NCBI RefSeq assembly: GCF_004353825.1
Contig: NZ_SMNA01000021.1
Span: forward strand, 1 to 40,111
From: Occultella glacieicola
GTDB lineage: Bacteria > Actinomycetota > Actinomycetes > Actinomycetales > Beutenbergiaceae
Direction: 5' to 3'
DNA length: 40,111 nucleotides
In this document: in pieces, positions 18,494-27,757 of the stretch
How the letters are laid out: each line of letters opens with the position of its first letter
Position numbering within the stretch: the stretch's first letter is position 1
Notes under the pieces: model-generated
What the model was told of the DNA's origin: nothing
The model's database searches: none
The model's input: only the letters and a program-made list of their open reading frames with translations
Program-made: the position numbers and the translations under genes

Positions 18494-19051
18494 TCACACC
18501 ATCCGGTTCAGCAGCCGGTCCCGGTCGACGAACTGGTGCTTGACGACCAGCCCCACGTGCACGGTCAGGGCCACGAAGAACACGATATGCGTCGTGACGT
18601 GCGCGACCAGCCCGGTGTCGTCGTCGAGGACCGGCAGCGGTGCCGCCCACTCGTAGGGACCGATGTCCCACTCGGAGTCGGTGGCGAACAACAGGGCGAG
18701 CCCGGTGACCGGGATCGCGAACATCAGGACGTACAGGGTCCGCTCCACCACCGTCGCGACCCGCCGCTCGTGCGCGGAGAGGCCGGGCGCCCAGTCCGGC
18801 AGGCCGTGCGTTCGGCGCCACCACAACCGCAGGCAGGCGAGGGCGAGGATCGTGGCGCCGAGCACCGCGTGCGGCACGATCCACCAGTCCTCCTCGCCGC
18901 CGAAGAACAGGTCGGCGGCCCACTCGAGCAGATCGTCGAACCGGTCGATCGAGTAGCCCAGGACGAACTGCACCGCGATGGCGACCACCATCGTCCAGTG
19001 CAGCAGCTTCGCGACCGTCCCGTAGCCGGTCGCCGCGCCCGGCGAGCCCAT
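18494..19051 (-). CDS. Cytochrome b561 / YceJ-like di-heme membrane protein
   Basis: YGTVAKLLHW, HAVLGATILAL..LRLWWR, LYVLMFAIPVTG, H...HVGLVVKHQFVDRDRLLNRM. Confidence 0.88.
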   Translation of the reverse strand: MGSPGAATGYGTVAKLLHWTMVVAIAVQFVLGYSIDRFDDLLEWAADLFFGGEEDWWIVPHAVLGATILALACLRLWWRRTHGLPDWAPGLSAHERRVATVVERTLYVLMFAIPVTGLALLFATDSEWDIGPYEWAAPLPVLDDDTGLVAHVTTHIVFFVALTVHVGLVVKHQFVDRDRLLNRMV

Positions 19052-19097
19052 GTCCGCACATGCTCCTCCAGGTCGGCGGGCGTTGCGAGCCGACCGT

Positions 19098-19132
19098 GCC
19101 TGCCCGCCTGCCCGCCTGCCCGCCTGCCCGCC
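19098..19132. repeat. 8-bp tandem repeat (GCCTGCCC)x4 + GCC
   Basis: Four exact copies plus a partial copy in the intergenic region between the GNAT and cytochrome b561 genes. Confidence 0.9.
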
Positions 19133-19146
19133 GGAGGGCGTGCGGC

Positions 19147-20340
19147 CTAGAAGTGGTCGCGGATGTGCACCTGGCCGGCCCCGAAGAGATGGTCGATCAC
19201 CGCGTCGACCTCCTCAGGCCCGTGCAGGTGCCCGGCCAGGCGCAGGTTCGCGCAGGACTGCACCCCCGCCCAGGCCAGGGCGAGGCCCTGCGGCGTGAAC
19301 GTGGCGACCCGCCCGGGTGCGTCCGGACCAACGGCCACCCGACGGCACTCGATCGCTCCGCCGTCGACGGTCAGGTCGTAGACGCCGTCCATGGTGCCGA
19401 GCAGGTCCCCGGACACCGCGAACCGGGCCCGCGCGGAGCCGTGCGAACGGCGGGCGGCGAACGCGCCGGCGACGTCGTCGAGCCGCAGCATGTACCCCTC
19501 GGTGACCACCTGCTTCCACGCCGCGGAGGGCAGCACCAGCCGGGCCGGGTCCGCCCCGGAGGTCTCGAGCCGGATCGTGGGGATGACGGCGGAGAACGAG
19601 CCGAGCACCCGCCACAGGGCCCGGTATCCGTCCGCGGTCAGCGCGAGCAGGTCCTCCACCTCGAGGCTGTCCGACTCGTGGGGTCCGCGGGTCCAGCTGA
19701 CGTAGCCGACGACGGCGCCGCTCGCGTCCAGCGCGAGGCTCACCCCGGTGAACGCGGCGATCACCTCCGCGTCGGTGCGCGGGAACGAGATCCCGCGGCG
19801 GCTCAGGGGGCCGCGCTGGCGTGCGGCCCAGGTGTCGTAGACGGCGCGGACGGCGGGCACGTCCGCCTCGGTGGCGCGCCGGGTGGAGATGTGCGTGCCC
19901 GGGCGTACGGCGGCCGCGGCGGCGGTGGGGACCTCGACCGTCTCCGCGGAGCCGATCAGCTCGTAGCCGAACCGGCGGTAGATCCCGGGGGCGGAGGGGA
20001 ACAGCGTCGAGATCACCTCGCCACGTTCACGGGCGCCGCGGAGCACCGGCCCGAACAACGGCTCCAGCAGGCCCCGGCCGCGGTACTCGGCCGCGACCGT
20101 GACACCCGCGATGCCGCAGGTGGGCACGGCGGCGCCGTCCCACCAGGAGGAGTACTCGCGGCCGATCACCCGGGCGGCGAGCACGTCGGCGTCGAACGCC
20201 CCCCACAGGTGCATCCCGGCCGGGTAGGCCGTCGGCTGCGGGTCGGTGAGGCCGCCGGTCGGCATGCCGAACGCCTCGGCGCCGAGACGGCGGCTGGCCG
20301 GGACGTCGGCGGGGGTCAGTTCGCGGATGGTGAAGGTCAT
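19147..20340 (-). CDS. Eis-like GNAT N-acetyltransferase with C-terminal SCP2-like domain
   Basis: GIAGVTVAAEYRGRGL, STLFPSAPGIYRRFGYE, YMLRLDDVAGAF, C-terminal IRDHF. Confidence 0.88.
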   Translation of the reverse strand: MTFTIRELTPADVPASRRLGAEAFGMPTGGLTDPQPTAYPAGMHLWGAFDADVLAARVIGREYSSWWDGAAVPTCGIAGVTVAAEYRGRGLLEPLFGPVLRGARERGEVISTLFPSAPGIYRRFGYELIGSAETVEVPTAAAAAVRPGTHISTRRATEADVPAVRAVYDTWAARQRGPLSRRGISFPRTDAEVIAAFTGVSLALDASGAVVGYVSWTRGPHESDSLEVEDLLALTADGYRALWRVLGSFSAVIPTIRLETSGADPARLVLPSAAWKQVVTEGYMLRLDDVAGAFAARRSHGSARARFAVSGDLLGTMDGVYDLTVDGGAIECRRVAVGPDAPGRVATFTPQGLALAWAGVQSCANLRLAGHLHGPEEVDAVIDHLFGAGQVHIRDHF

Positions 20341-20387
20341 CGGGCCAGCCTAGGTGGGCCCGCACCCGACTCCTGCGGCGCGCACAG

Positions 20388-20416
20388 TTGGTGTTGTCCG
20401 GTGGGGCCAGTACTTT
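20388..20416 (+). promoter_or_regulatory. Putative sigma70-type leaderless promoter of the parA-like/scpAB operon
   Basis: TTGGTG-17 nt-TACTTT, with the -10 lying 6 nt before GTG 20423. A divergent -10 TAGGCT (20347-20352, minus strand) lies 6 nt before the GNAT ATG. Confidence 0.55.
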
Positions 20417-20422
20417 GGCGGG

Positions 20423-21268
20423 GTGAGTACCGAATCCGCCGACTCCTGGACCGAACGCGACTTCCCGGTGCCGCAGCCGTTGAACGGGCACGGTCCGGCG
20501 CGGATCATCGCGATGTGCAACCAGAAGGGCGGGGTCGGCAAGACCACCACCACGATCAACCTCGGGGCCGCGCTCGCCGAGTACGGCCGCAAGGTACTGA
20601 TCGTGGACTTCGACCCGCAGGGCGCCGCGTCCGCAGGCCTGGGCGTGGCCGCCCACGAACTCGACGACACCATCTACACCGAGCTGATGGCCGCCAAGCC
20701 GGACGTGCACCGGGTGATCCGGGAGACCGGGGTCGAGGACCTGCACCTGATCCCGGCGAACATCGACCTGTCCGCGGCCGAGGTGCAACTGGTCAACGAG
20801 GTGGCCCGGGAGCAGGCGCTCGGCCGGGTGCTGCGACCGGTCACGGACGACTACGACGTGGTCCTGATCGACTGCCAGCCCTCGCTCGGGCTGCTCACGG
20901 TGAACGCGCTGACCGCCGCGCACGGCGTGATCATCCCGCTGGAGACCGAGTTCTTCGCCCTCCGCGGGGTCGCACTGCTGGTCGAGACGATCGACAAGGT
21001 CCGGGACCGGCTGAACCCGCGCCTGCACACCGACGGCATCCTCGCGACCATGTACGACGCCCGCACGCTGCACTCGCGCGAGGTGCTGGCCCGGGTCCGG
21101 GAGGCGTTCGGGGAGACGGTCTTCGACACCGTGATCACCCGCACGGTGAAGTTCCCGGACGCCTCCGTCGCGACCGAGCCGATCACCACCTACGCCCCGA
21201 ACCACGCCGGCGCGTACAACTACCGCAAGCTCGCCCGCGAACTCATCTCCCGTGGCGACGTCGCCTGA
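20423..21268 (+). CDS. ParA/Soj-family ATPase (scpAB-associated paralogue)
   Basis: NQKGGVGKTTT, VDFDPQG, IPANIDLSAAE, IDCQPSLGLLT. Located directly upstream of scpA. Confidence 0.93.
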   Translation: MSTESADSWTERDFPVPQPLNGHGPARIIAMCNQKGGVGKTTTTINLGAALAEYGRKVLIVDFDPQGAASAGLGVAAHELDDTIYTELMAAKPDVHRVIRETGVEDLHLIPANIDLSAAEVQLVNEVAREQALGRVLRPVTDDYDVVLIDCQPSLGLLTVNALTAAHGVIIPLETEFFALRGVALLVETIDKVRDRLNPRLHTDGILATMYDARTLHSREVLARVREAFGETVFDTVITRTVKFPDASVATEPITTYAPNHAGAYNYRKLARELISRGDVA

Positions 21269-22136
21269 CGCCTCCCTCGCCGGCGACGCACCAGCCGAGG
21301 AGGCCGTGCGGCGGGCCACCTTCGAGGTGAGCCTGGAGAACTTCTCGGGACCGTTCGACGTGCTGCTCTCGCTCATCGCGAAGCACAAGATGGACGTCAC
21401 CGAGGTGGCTCTCGCCGTGGTCACCGACGACTTCATCGCGCACATCCGGGCGCAGGACGAGTGGGACCTGTCCCAGGCGAGCGAGTTCCTGGTCATCGCC
21501 GCCACCCTGCTGGACCTGAAAGCGGCCCGGCTGCTCCCGCGGGGCACCGTCGACGATGCCGAGGACCTCGAGCTGCTCGAGGCCCGGGACCTGCTCTTCG
21601 CCAGGCTGCTGCAGTACCGGGCGTTCAAGGAGGTCGCCGGGCACCTGGACACCGAATGGGTCCGGATGGGCCGGTCGTATCCGCGCAACGTGGCCCTGGA
21701 GGCGCGGTTCGCGGCCCTGTTGCCCGAACTCGTGATGCAGGTCGGCCCCGCCGAACTGGCCGCCATGGCCGCCGCGGCACTCGCCCCGAAGGCGCCGCCG
21801 CCGGGCGTGGACCTCAGCCACCTGCACAACCCCGTGGTCAGCGTCCGCGAACAGGCCGCGCACATCGTGGACCGGTTGCGCCGGTCCGGGTCGCTGTCCT
21901 TCCGGGCGCTGACCGACGACGCCGACGGCACCAACGTGGTGGTGGCGCGGTTCCTGGCGCTGCTGGAGCTGTACCGGGAGAGCGCGGTCGCGTTCGACCA
22001 GGCGGATGCCCTGGGGGAGTTGCGGGTGCGCTGGACCGGGACCGATGAGGGCGAGATCGCCGTCGAGGACGACTACGAGGACGGACCCGTGGCGGCGCAG
22101 GACGCGCCCGGTCCGGGAGAGCAGGAGCAGGCATGA
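21252..22136 (+). CDS. scpA: Segregation and condensation protein A
   Basis: FSGPFDVLLSLI, SEFLVIAATLLDLKAARLLP, VVARFLALLELY. Confidence 0.95.
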   Translation: MATSPDASLAGDAPAEEAVRRATFEVSLENFSGPFDVLLSLIAKHKMDVTEVALAVVTDDFIAHIRAQDEWDLSQASEFLVIAATLLDLKAARLLPRGTVDDAEDLELLEARDLLFARLLQYRAFKEVAGHLDTEWVRMGRSYPRNVALEARFAALLPELVMQVGPAELAAMAAAALAPKAPPPGVDLSHLHNPVVSVREQAAHIVDRLRRSGSLSFRALTDDADGTNVVVARFLALLELYRESAVAFDQADALGELRVRWTGTDEGEIAVEDDYEDGPVAAQDAPGPGEQEQA

Positions 22137-22846
22137 GTGAGCACCCCACGGAGCGGGTGGACGGGGTCGACGGCGCCGGGCCACCGACGCCGGAGGGTTC
22201 GCCGGAGGATGGGGCGACGGACGCAACGACAGAGGCGACCTCGCCCGCTGAAGCGTCGGCAGGGCCGACAGGGCCGAGCGTGCTGGACGCCCCGGGCGGG
22301 CTGCATGCCGCGCTCGAGGCCATCCTCATGGTCACCGAGACCCCGATCGCGGCCGCCCAGCTCGCCACCGTGCTCGCGGTGCCCGAGGCCGCCGTCGCCG
22401 GTGCGCTCGCGGACCTGGTGGCGGAGTACACCGGCGGGCCGCGCCCGCGCGGCTTCGAGCTGCGCGAGGCCGCCGGCGGGTGGCGGTTCTACTCCGCACC
22501 GGCATTCGCGGCCGCCGTGGACGCGTTCGTGCTCGACGGGCAGACGGCCCGGCTCACGCAGGCGTCGTTGGAGACCCTCGCGGTGATCGCGTACCGTCAG
22601 CCGGTGGCCCGCGGCCGGATCGCGGCCATCCGCGGTGTGAACGTGGACTCGGTGGTGCGGACCCTGCTCACCCGTGGTCTGATCGAGGAGGCGGGCACCG
22701 ACCCGGAGAGCGGTGCGATCCTGTACCGGACCAGTTCCTACTTCCTCGAGCGGCTCGGGCTCCGCTCGCTGGAGGACCTCCCGCCGCTCGCCCCCTACCT
22801 GCCCGATATCGACGCGTTCGACGACATTGACGGAGCCACCCGATGA
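22133..22846 (+). CDS. scpB: Segregation and condensation protein B
   Basis: ALEAIL, RGFELREAAGGWRFYS, LTQASLETLAVIAYRQPV, IRGVN, FLERLGL. Confidence 0.95.
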   Translation: MSEHPTERVDGVDGAGPPTPEGSPEDGATDATTEATSPAEASAGPTGPSVLDAPGGLHAALEAILMVTETPIAAAQLATVLAVPEAAVAGALADLVAEYTGGPRPRGFELREAAGGWRFYSAPAFAAAVDAFVLDGQTARLTQASLETLAVIAYRQPVARGRIAAIRGVNVDSVVRTLLTRGLIEEAGTDPESGAILYRTSSYFLERLGLRSLEDLPPLAPYLPDIDAFDDIDGATR

Positions 22847-23619
22847 CCCCCCGATCCCCCCGCGGGAACACCCCACCCAAGGACGTCCACGACCCCGGCG
22901 GCATCCGGCTGCAGAAGGTGCTCGCCGGCGCCGGCCTGGGTTCGCGCCGGGCCTGCGAGGAGATCATCACCTCCGGCCGGGTCACGGTCGACGGCGTGCA
23001 GGTACGCGAGCTCGGCGTCCGGGTGGACCCGGCCACCGCCGTCATCCATGTGGACGGTGCCCGGGTGCAGCTCGACGACAGCGTCGTCACGATCGCCCTG
23101 AACAAGCCGGTCGGCGTGTATTCGAGCATGCGTGACGAGCAGGGCCGCCCGGACCTGGCGCAGTTCGTCGCCGACCGTACGGAGCGGCTGTTCCACGTCG
23201 GCCGGCTCGACGCCGAGACCGAGGGCCTGATCCTGCTCACGAACGACGGCGAGCTCGCGCACCGGCTCACCCACCCCTCCTACGAGGTGGCCAAGACCTA
23301 TGTGGCCGAGGTGGAGGGCCGGGTCGCACGAGGCCTCGGCCGCCGGCTCCTGGACGGCGTGGAACTCGAGGACGGCCCGGTCCGGGTCGATGCCTTCCAG
23401 GTCCTCGAGACCACGCCGGGTGCCTCGATCGTCGAGGTCGTGCTGCACGAGGGCCGCAACCACATCGTGCGGCGCCTGCTCGAGGAGGTCGGCCACCCGG
23501 TGGTCCAGCTCTCCCGGACCCGGATCGGCCCGATCCGCCTCGGCCACCTCAAGGTCGGGCGCACCCGCGTCATCGAGGGCCGCGAGCTCGGGTCCCTGAT
23601 GTCCGCGGTCGGCCTCTGA
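22843..23619 (+). CDS. rluB: 23S rRNA pseudouridine synthase (RluB/RsuA family)
   Basis: S4 domain RLQKVLAGAGLGSRRACEE, VGRLDAETEGL, EGRNHIVRR. Follows scpB. Confidence 0.9.
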   Translation: MTPRSPRGNTPPKDVHDPGGIRLQKVLAGAGLGSRRACEEIITSGRVTVDGVQVRELGVRVDPATAVIHVDGARVQLDDSVVTIALNKPVGVYSSMRDEQGRPDLAQFVADRTERLFHVGRLDAETEGLILLTNDGELAHRLTHPSYEVAKTYVAEVEGRVARGLGRRLLDGVELEDGPVRVDAFQVLETTPGASIVEVVLHEGRNHIVRRLLEEVGHPVVQLSRTRIGPIRLGHLKVGRTRVIEGRELGSLMSAVGL

Positions 23620-23635
23620 GCCGATCGGGGGACGG

Positions 23636-24673
23636 GTGGAGACCCAGGCCGCAGACACCGCCGAGTTCTACCGGCGGTTCGCCCGGACCGAGGCACACGG
23701 GTCCTCTCCCACGTACGAGGCACTGACCCTCGCGGTGGCCGACTCGACCGAGCTGCTCGGTCTCCTGCACACCCTGCCACGGGCGAAACGACAGCCGAAC
23801 CTGCTCCTCGGCGCGTTGCGCTGGTTCGGTGCGCCCGTCCAGGACCCGGCTGCGGCCCTCGCGTTCGCGCTGGACCGCGCCGACGACCTGCGTGCCTTCA
23901 TGGGCACCCACGCCACCCAGACGAACGAGGTCGCACGGTGCGCGGTGTACCTGCCCGCGCTCGCCCTCGTGCCCGGCCCGGTGGCCCTGCTCGAGCTCGG
24001 GGCGAGCGCGGGGCTGTGCCTGCTACCGGACCGGTGGGCCTACTCCTGGACCCGCCCGGACGGGAGCGTCGTGAGCCTCGGGCCAGGCGGTTCCGGTGGC
24101 GCGACGGCGCGTGCCGGCGCCGTCGTGACGGACGCCGCGCCGCTCACCGTGACCGCCCGGGTCAGCGCGAACACACCGATCCCCGCCACGATGCCCGAGG
24201 TGGTCGCCCGCCTCGGACTGGACGCGAACCCGATCGACGCGGCCGACCCCGCGCAGCGGCGCTGGCTGGAGTGCCTGATCTGGCCCGAGCACACCGACCG
24301 GGCCGCGCGGCTGCACGACGCCCTGGCGGCGGCCGCCGCCGACCCACCCCCGCTCCGGACCGGACTCTTCCCCGCGGACGCGCCGGCCGCCGTCGACCGG
24401 CTGCGCGAACTGGCCCCCGAGGCAACGGTCGTGGTGCTGCACAGCGCCGCCGTCGCCTACCTGGACGCGCGGGCGCGTGCCGAGTTCGTCGACACGATGG
24501 CGGGGCTGGACGTGCGCCGCCTCGGCCTCGAGGGCGCCGAGGTGACCGCCTCGATCGGCGTACCCGGCGTGCCCGGGACGCCCGGACGGTTCGTGCTCAG
24601 CCTCGACGACACCGTGCTCGGCACCGCCGACCCGCACGGCCGGGACCTCGACTGGCTCGCCGCCCCGGACTGA
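23636..24673 (+). CDS. DUF2332-like protein
   Basis: FARTEAHGSSPTYE, QPNLLLGA, TQTNEVARCA, LLELGASAGLCL.PDR, LECLIWPEH, ADPHG. Confidence 0.8.
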   Translation: METQAADTAEFYRRFARTEAHGSSPTYEALTLAVADSTELLGLLHTLPRAKRQPNLLLGALRWFGAPVQDPAAALAFALDRADDLRAFMGTHATQTNEVARCAVYLPALALVPGPVALLELGASAGLCLLPDRWAYSWTRPDGSVVSLGPGGSGGATARAGAVVTDAAPLTVTARVSANTPIPATMPEVVARLGLDANPIDAADPAQRRWLECLIWPEHTDRAARLHDALAAAAADPPPLRTGLFPADAPAAVDRLRELAPEATVVVLHSAAVAYLDARARAEFVDTMAGLDVRRLGLEGAEVTASIGVPGVPGTPGRFVLSLDDTVLGTADPHGRDLDWLAAPD

Positions 24674-24713
24674 TGCGCGGCCGGGGGATCCCGCGACGGT
24701 AGGGTGAGCCCTC

Positions 24714-25847
24714 GTGAGCGAGGAGCCGAGCAACGTCGCTGCGACCCGCGGTCCGGTCCGGATCGTCGGCGCCGGGCTGCTCGGCGCCAGCATCGGGCTC
24801 GGCCTGTCCGCGCTGGGGGTCCCGGTCACCCTCGCGGACGCCTCCCCGACGGCGCGGGCCCTGGCGCGGGACGTCGGTGCCGGCGCGATCGAGCACGCCG
24901 AGGACGCGGCCCCGACCCTGATCGTCGTCGCCGTGCCGCCGGACGTCACCGCGGAGATCGTGGCCGCCGAACTGCGGGCGCACCCGGGGGCCGTCGTCAC
25001 CGACGTGGCGAGCGTGAAGTCCGTGATCCTGGCCGAGGTGGCCCACCTCGCCGCGCGGGACTCGCTGGACTTGGGCCGGTACGTCGGCTCCCACCCGATG
25101 GCCGGCCGGGAGCGCTCCGGCGCCGGAGCCGCGTCGGCCGACCTGTTCGTGGGCAGGCCCTGGGTGATCACGCTGCGCGAGGGCGTCGATCCCCGGGCGC
25201 TGCTCGCGGTGCGCAACCTCGCGACGGACCTGGGCGGGGTGCCGCTGCAGATGAGCCCCGCCGAACATGACGACGCCGTCGCCCTGGTGTCCCACCTGCC
25301 GCAACTGATGGCCTCCCTCACCGCGGGCCGGCTGGTCGAGGCGCCGGAGACGGCACTCGGGCTCGCCGGGCAGGGCCTGCGGGACGTCACCCGGGTCGCG
25401 GCCAGTGACCCGCGCCTGTGGTCGGCAATCCTGACCGGCAACGCCGCCGCCGTGAGCACGCACCTGCGTGGCGTCCGGGACGACCTGGACGGGCTCCTCG
25501 GCGCCCTCGACCGGGCCGCCGTCGACGGGCCGCTCGCACTCGGCGCGATCGCCGGGATGGCCGGAGTGATCTCGGCCGGCAACGACGGAGTGGCACGGAT
25601 CCCGGGCAAGCACGGTGGTCGGCGCAAGCGGTACACCGAGGTGACGGTCCTGGTCCCGGACGAGCCGGGCGAGCTCGGCCGGCTGTTCACCGAGATCGGC
25701 GAGATCGGTGTCAACATCGAGGACTTCCAGATGGAACATGCGACCAGACAGAGAGTGGGGATGGCGATCGTGTCGGTGATCCCGGCGTCGGCTCAGACGC
25801 TCGAGACGTCGTTGGAGGAGCGGGGCTGGCGCGTGGTGGCACAGTGA
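24714..25847 (+). CDS. tyrA: Prephenate dehydrogenase with C-terminal ACT domain
   Basis: IVGAGLLGASIG, TDVASVK, GSHPMAGRE, EHDDAVALVSHLPQ, RDVTRVA, VPDEPGELGRLF. Confidence 0.92.
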   Translation: MSEEPSNVAATRGPVRIVGAGLLGASIGLGLSALGVPVTLADASPTARALARDVGAGAIEHAEDAAPTLIVVAVPPDVTAEIVAAELRAHPGAVVTDVASVKSVILAEVAHLAARDSLDLGRYVGSHPMAGRERSGAGAASADLFVGRPWVITLREGVDPRALLAVRNLATDLGGVPLQMSPAEHDDAVALVSHLPQLMASLTAGRLVEAPETALGLAGQGLRDVTRVAASDPRLWSAILTGNAAAVSTHLRGVRDDLDGLLGALDRAAVDGPLALGAIAGMAGVISAGNDGVARIPGKHGGRRKRYTEVTVLVPDEPGELGRLFTEIGEIGVNIEDFQMEHATRQRVGMAIVSVIPASAQTLETSLEERGWRVVAQ

Positions 25848-26563
25848 CCGCACTGGTGGTGGCGATCGACGGACCGTCCGGCACCGGCAAGTCCACGATC
25901 AGCCGGCGGGTCGCAGCCGACTTCGGCCTCGCCTACCTCGACACCGGGGCCATGTACCGGGCCGCTGCCTGGTGGTGCGTGCGCGAGGGCATCGACCTCG
26001 CGGACACCGCCGCCGTCGCCGCGCAGGTGCGCGAGCTACCCCTCGAGATCGGGACCGACCCCCGGGAGCCGAGTTTCGCCGTCGGCGGGGAGGACGTGAG
26101 CGTCGTGATCCGCAGCACCGAGATCTCCACCCTGGTCAGCGCCGTCGCCACGAACCTGGACGTGCGTGCGGAGCTCCAGGACCGGCAGCGCGCCGCGATC
26201 GCGGCCGAGCGCGGGCCTGGCGGCTTCTCCGGGGGCCGCGGCATCGTGGCCGAGGGACGCGACATCACCACCGTGGTGGCCCCCGAGGCGCAGGTGCGGA
26301 TCCTGCTGCTCGCGGACGAGACGGCCCGGCTGGCCCGCCGCGCCAAGGAACTGCACGGCACCGTGGACGACGCGGCGCTGGAGGCCACCCGGGACCAGGT
26401 GGTGCGACGCGACGCCGACGACTCGACCGTCTCGAACTTCACCACCGCCGCTGACGGTGTCATCACCGTCGACACCTCCGCGATGACCCTCGAGGAGTCC
26501 GTGGACACCGTGCGCACCCTCGTGTCCCGGGCGTTGGCCACGAATGAGGAGGAGGCCCGATGA
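25844..26563 (+). CDS. cmk: Cytidylate kinase
   Basis: AIDGPSGTGKST, YLDTGAMYR, EGRDITTVVAP. GTGA overlap with tyrA. Confidence 0.96.
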   Translation: MTALVVAIDGPSGTGKSTISRRVAADFGLAYLDTGAMYRAAAWWCVREGIDLADTAAVAAQVRELPLEIGTDPREPSFAVGGEDVSVVIRSTEISTLVSAVATNLDVRAELQDRQRAAIAAERGPGGFSGGRGIVAEGRDITTVVAPEAQVRILLLADETARLARRAKELHGTVDDAALEATRDQVVRRDADDSTVSNFTTAADGVITVDTSAMTLEESVDTVRTLVSRALATNEEEAR

Positions 26564-27294
26564 CGGAGGACAAGGACACGACCCCGAAGGCCGGGCCCAG
26601 ACCGGCCGGTTCGCCCGGGCAGACCGTCACCCCGGACGACATCCGGCGGTGGGGCCCGGTGTGGTCGCGCCGGGTGGGGTGGCTGCTCGCGCACGTGTTC
26701 TGGAACACGAAGGTCATCGGCGCCGAGAACGTTCCTCGGACCGGTCGGCTGCTGATCGCCGCGAACCACACCGGCATCATCGACGGGCCGCTCCTGCACG
26801 GTGTCATCCCGCGCAGCTCGCACATCATCATCAAGGAGGAGATGTTCTCCGGGATCATCGGCTTCCTGATGCGCGGCGCGGGTCAGATCCCGGTGGACCG
26901 CAGGAACGGCCGCGCGGCGCTGCAGACCGCGCTGGCGATGCTCAAGGAGGACCGGCTGGTCGGGGTGTTCCCCGAGGGCACCCGCGGCCGCGGGGACGTC
27001 AAGGAGACCAAGGCCGGGATCGCCTGGCTCGCGGTGCACTCCGGCGCGCAGGTGGTCCCGGCCGCCATCCTCGGCACCCGGCCCACTGGTCGCAAGCCCG
27101 GCCACATCCCGTTCTTCCGGTCCAGGCTGCACGTGGTGTTCGGGGAGCCGTTCACGGCCGCGGACCCGGCCACCGGCAAGGGCCGCAAGGCCGTCGCCGA
27201 GGCGATGGGGACCATCCAGACCCGGATGAGCGAGCATGTGCACGCGGCGTCCGACCGGACCGGCGTGGAACTGCCCGGCAGCACCGAGATCTGA
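26560..27294 (+). CDS. Lysophospholipid (PlsC-like) acyltransferase
   Basis: NH(x4)D motif ANHTGIIDG, QIPVDR, VFPEGTRG. Confidence 0.9.
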   Translation: MTEDKDTTPKAGPRPAGSPGQTVTPDDIRRWGPVWSRRVGWLLAHVFWNTKVIGAENVPRTGRLLIAANHTGIIDGPLLHGVIPRSSHIIIKEEMFSGIIGFLMRGAGQIPVDRRNGRAALQTALAMLKEDRLVGVFPEGTRGRGDVKETKAGIAWLAVHSGAQVVPAAILGTRPTGRKPGHIPFFRSRLHVVFGEPFTAADPATGKGRKAVAEAMGTIQTRMSEHVHAASDRTGVELPGSTEI

Positions 27295-27310
27295 CCCCGC
27301 ACGCCCCGGA

Positions 27311-27366
27311 GCCGCATCCGGAGCTCGTGGTGACCCTGCGTGCGGCTCGCGGGTTCCGGATGCGGC
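27311..27366 (+). terminator. Long intergenic hairpin after the plsC-like gene
   Basis: GCCGCATCCGGA...TCCGGATGCGGC is a 12-bp perfect inverted repeat, extendable by 7 bp with G-U pairs. No U-tract. Confidence 0.55.
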
Positions 27367-27439
27367 CGAGCGCCCGGGGGCGCACGCTGGTGAAGGTCGC
27401 CTGCGCACACCGGCGGCCATCACCACAGAGGGAGCGACC

Positions 27440-27712
27440 ATGCCTGGCAAGAAGAGCCCAGGACCCAGCGTGAAGGACAAGGAGCTCTACGAGAAGCTCC
27501 GCGACGAGGGCAACTCGAAGGAGAAGTCCGCCCGGATCGCGAACGAGGCGGCCGGCTCGTCCCGTTCGAAGGTCGGCAAGCGCGGCGGCAGGGCCGAGGA
27601 CTACGAGGAGCGGACCGTCGGCGAGCTGCGCGAGCGGGCCCGCGAGATCGGCATCGAGGGCCGCTCGAAGATGAAGAAGTCCGAACTCATCGACGCCCTG
27701 CGCAACCACTGA
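27440..27712 (+). CDS. Small basic protein with Rho-N-like C-terminal domain
   Basis: GPSVKDKELYEKLRDEGNSKEKSARIAN...TVGELRERAREIGIEGRSKMKKSELIDALR. SD GAGGGAG. Confidence 0.85.
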   Translation: MPGKKSPGPSVKDKELYEKLRDEGNSKEKSARIANEAAGSSRSKVGKRGGRAEDYEERTVGELRERAREIGIEGRSKMKKSELIDALRNH

Positions 27713-27757
27713 CACGCCCCGTTAGGTCATCGGGGCGAGAGCGGGAACAATAGGCGG

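Noticed and set aside
20423..22846. ParA + ScpAB as a plasmid partition or Wadjet/MksBEF defence locus
   Set aside because: This is the standard housekeeping arrangement with rluB-cmk-der. No JetC/JetD-like genes are present.
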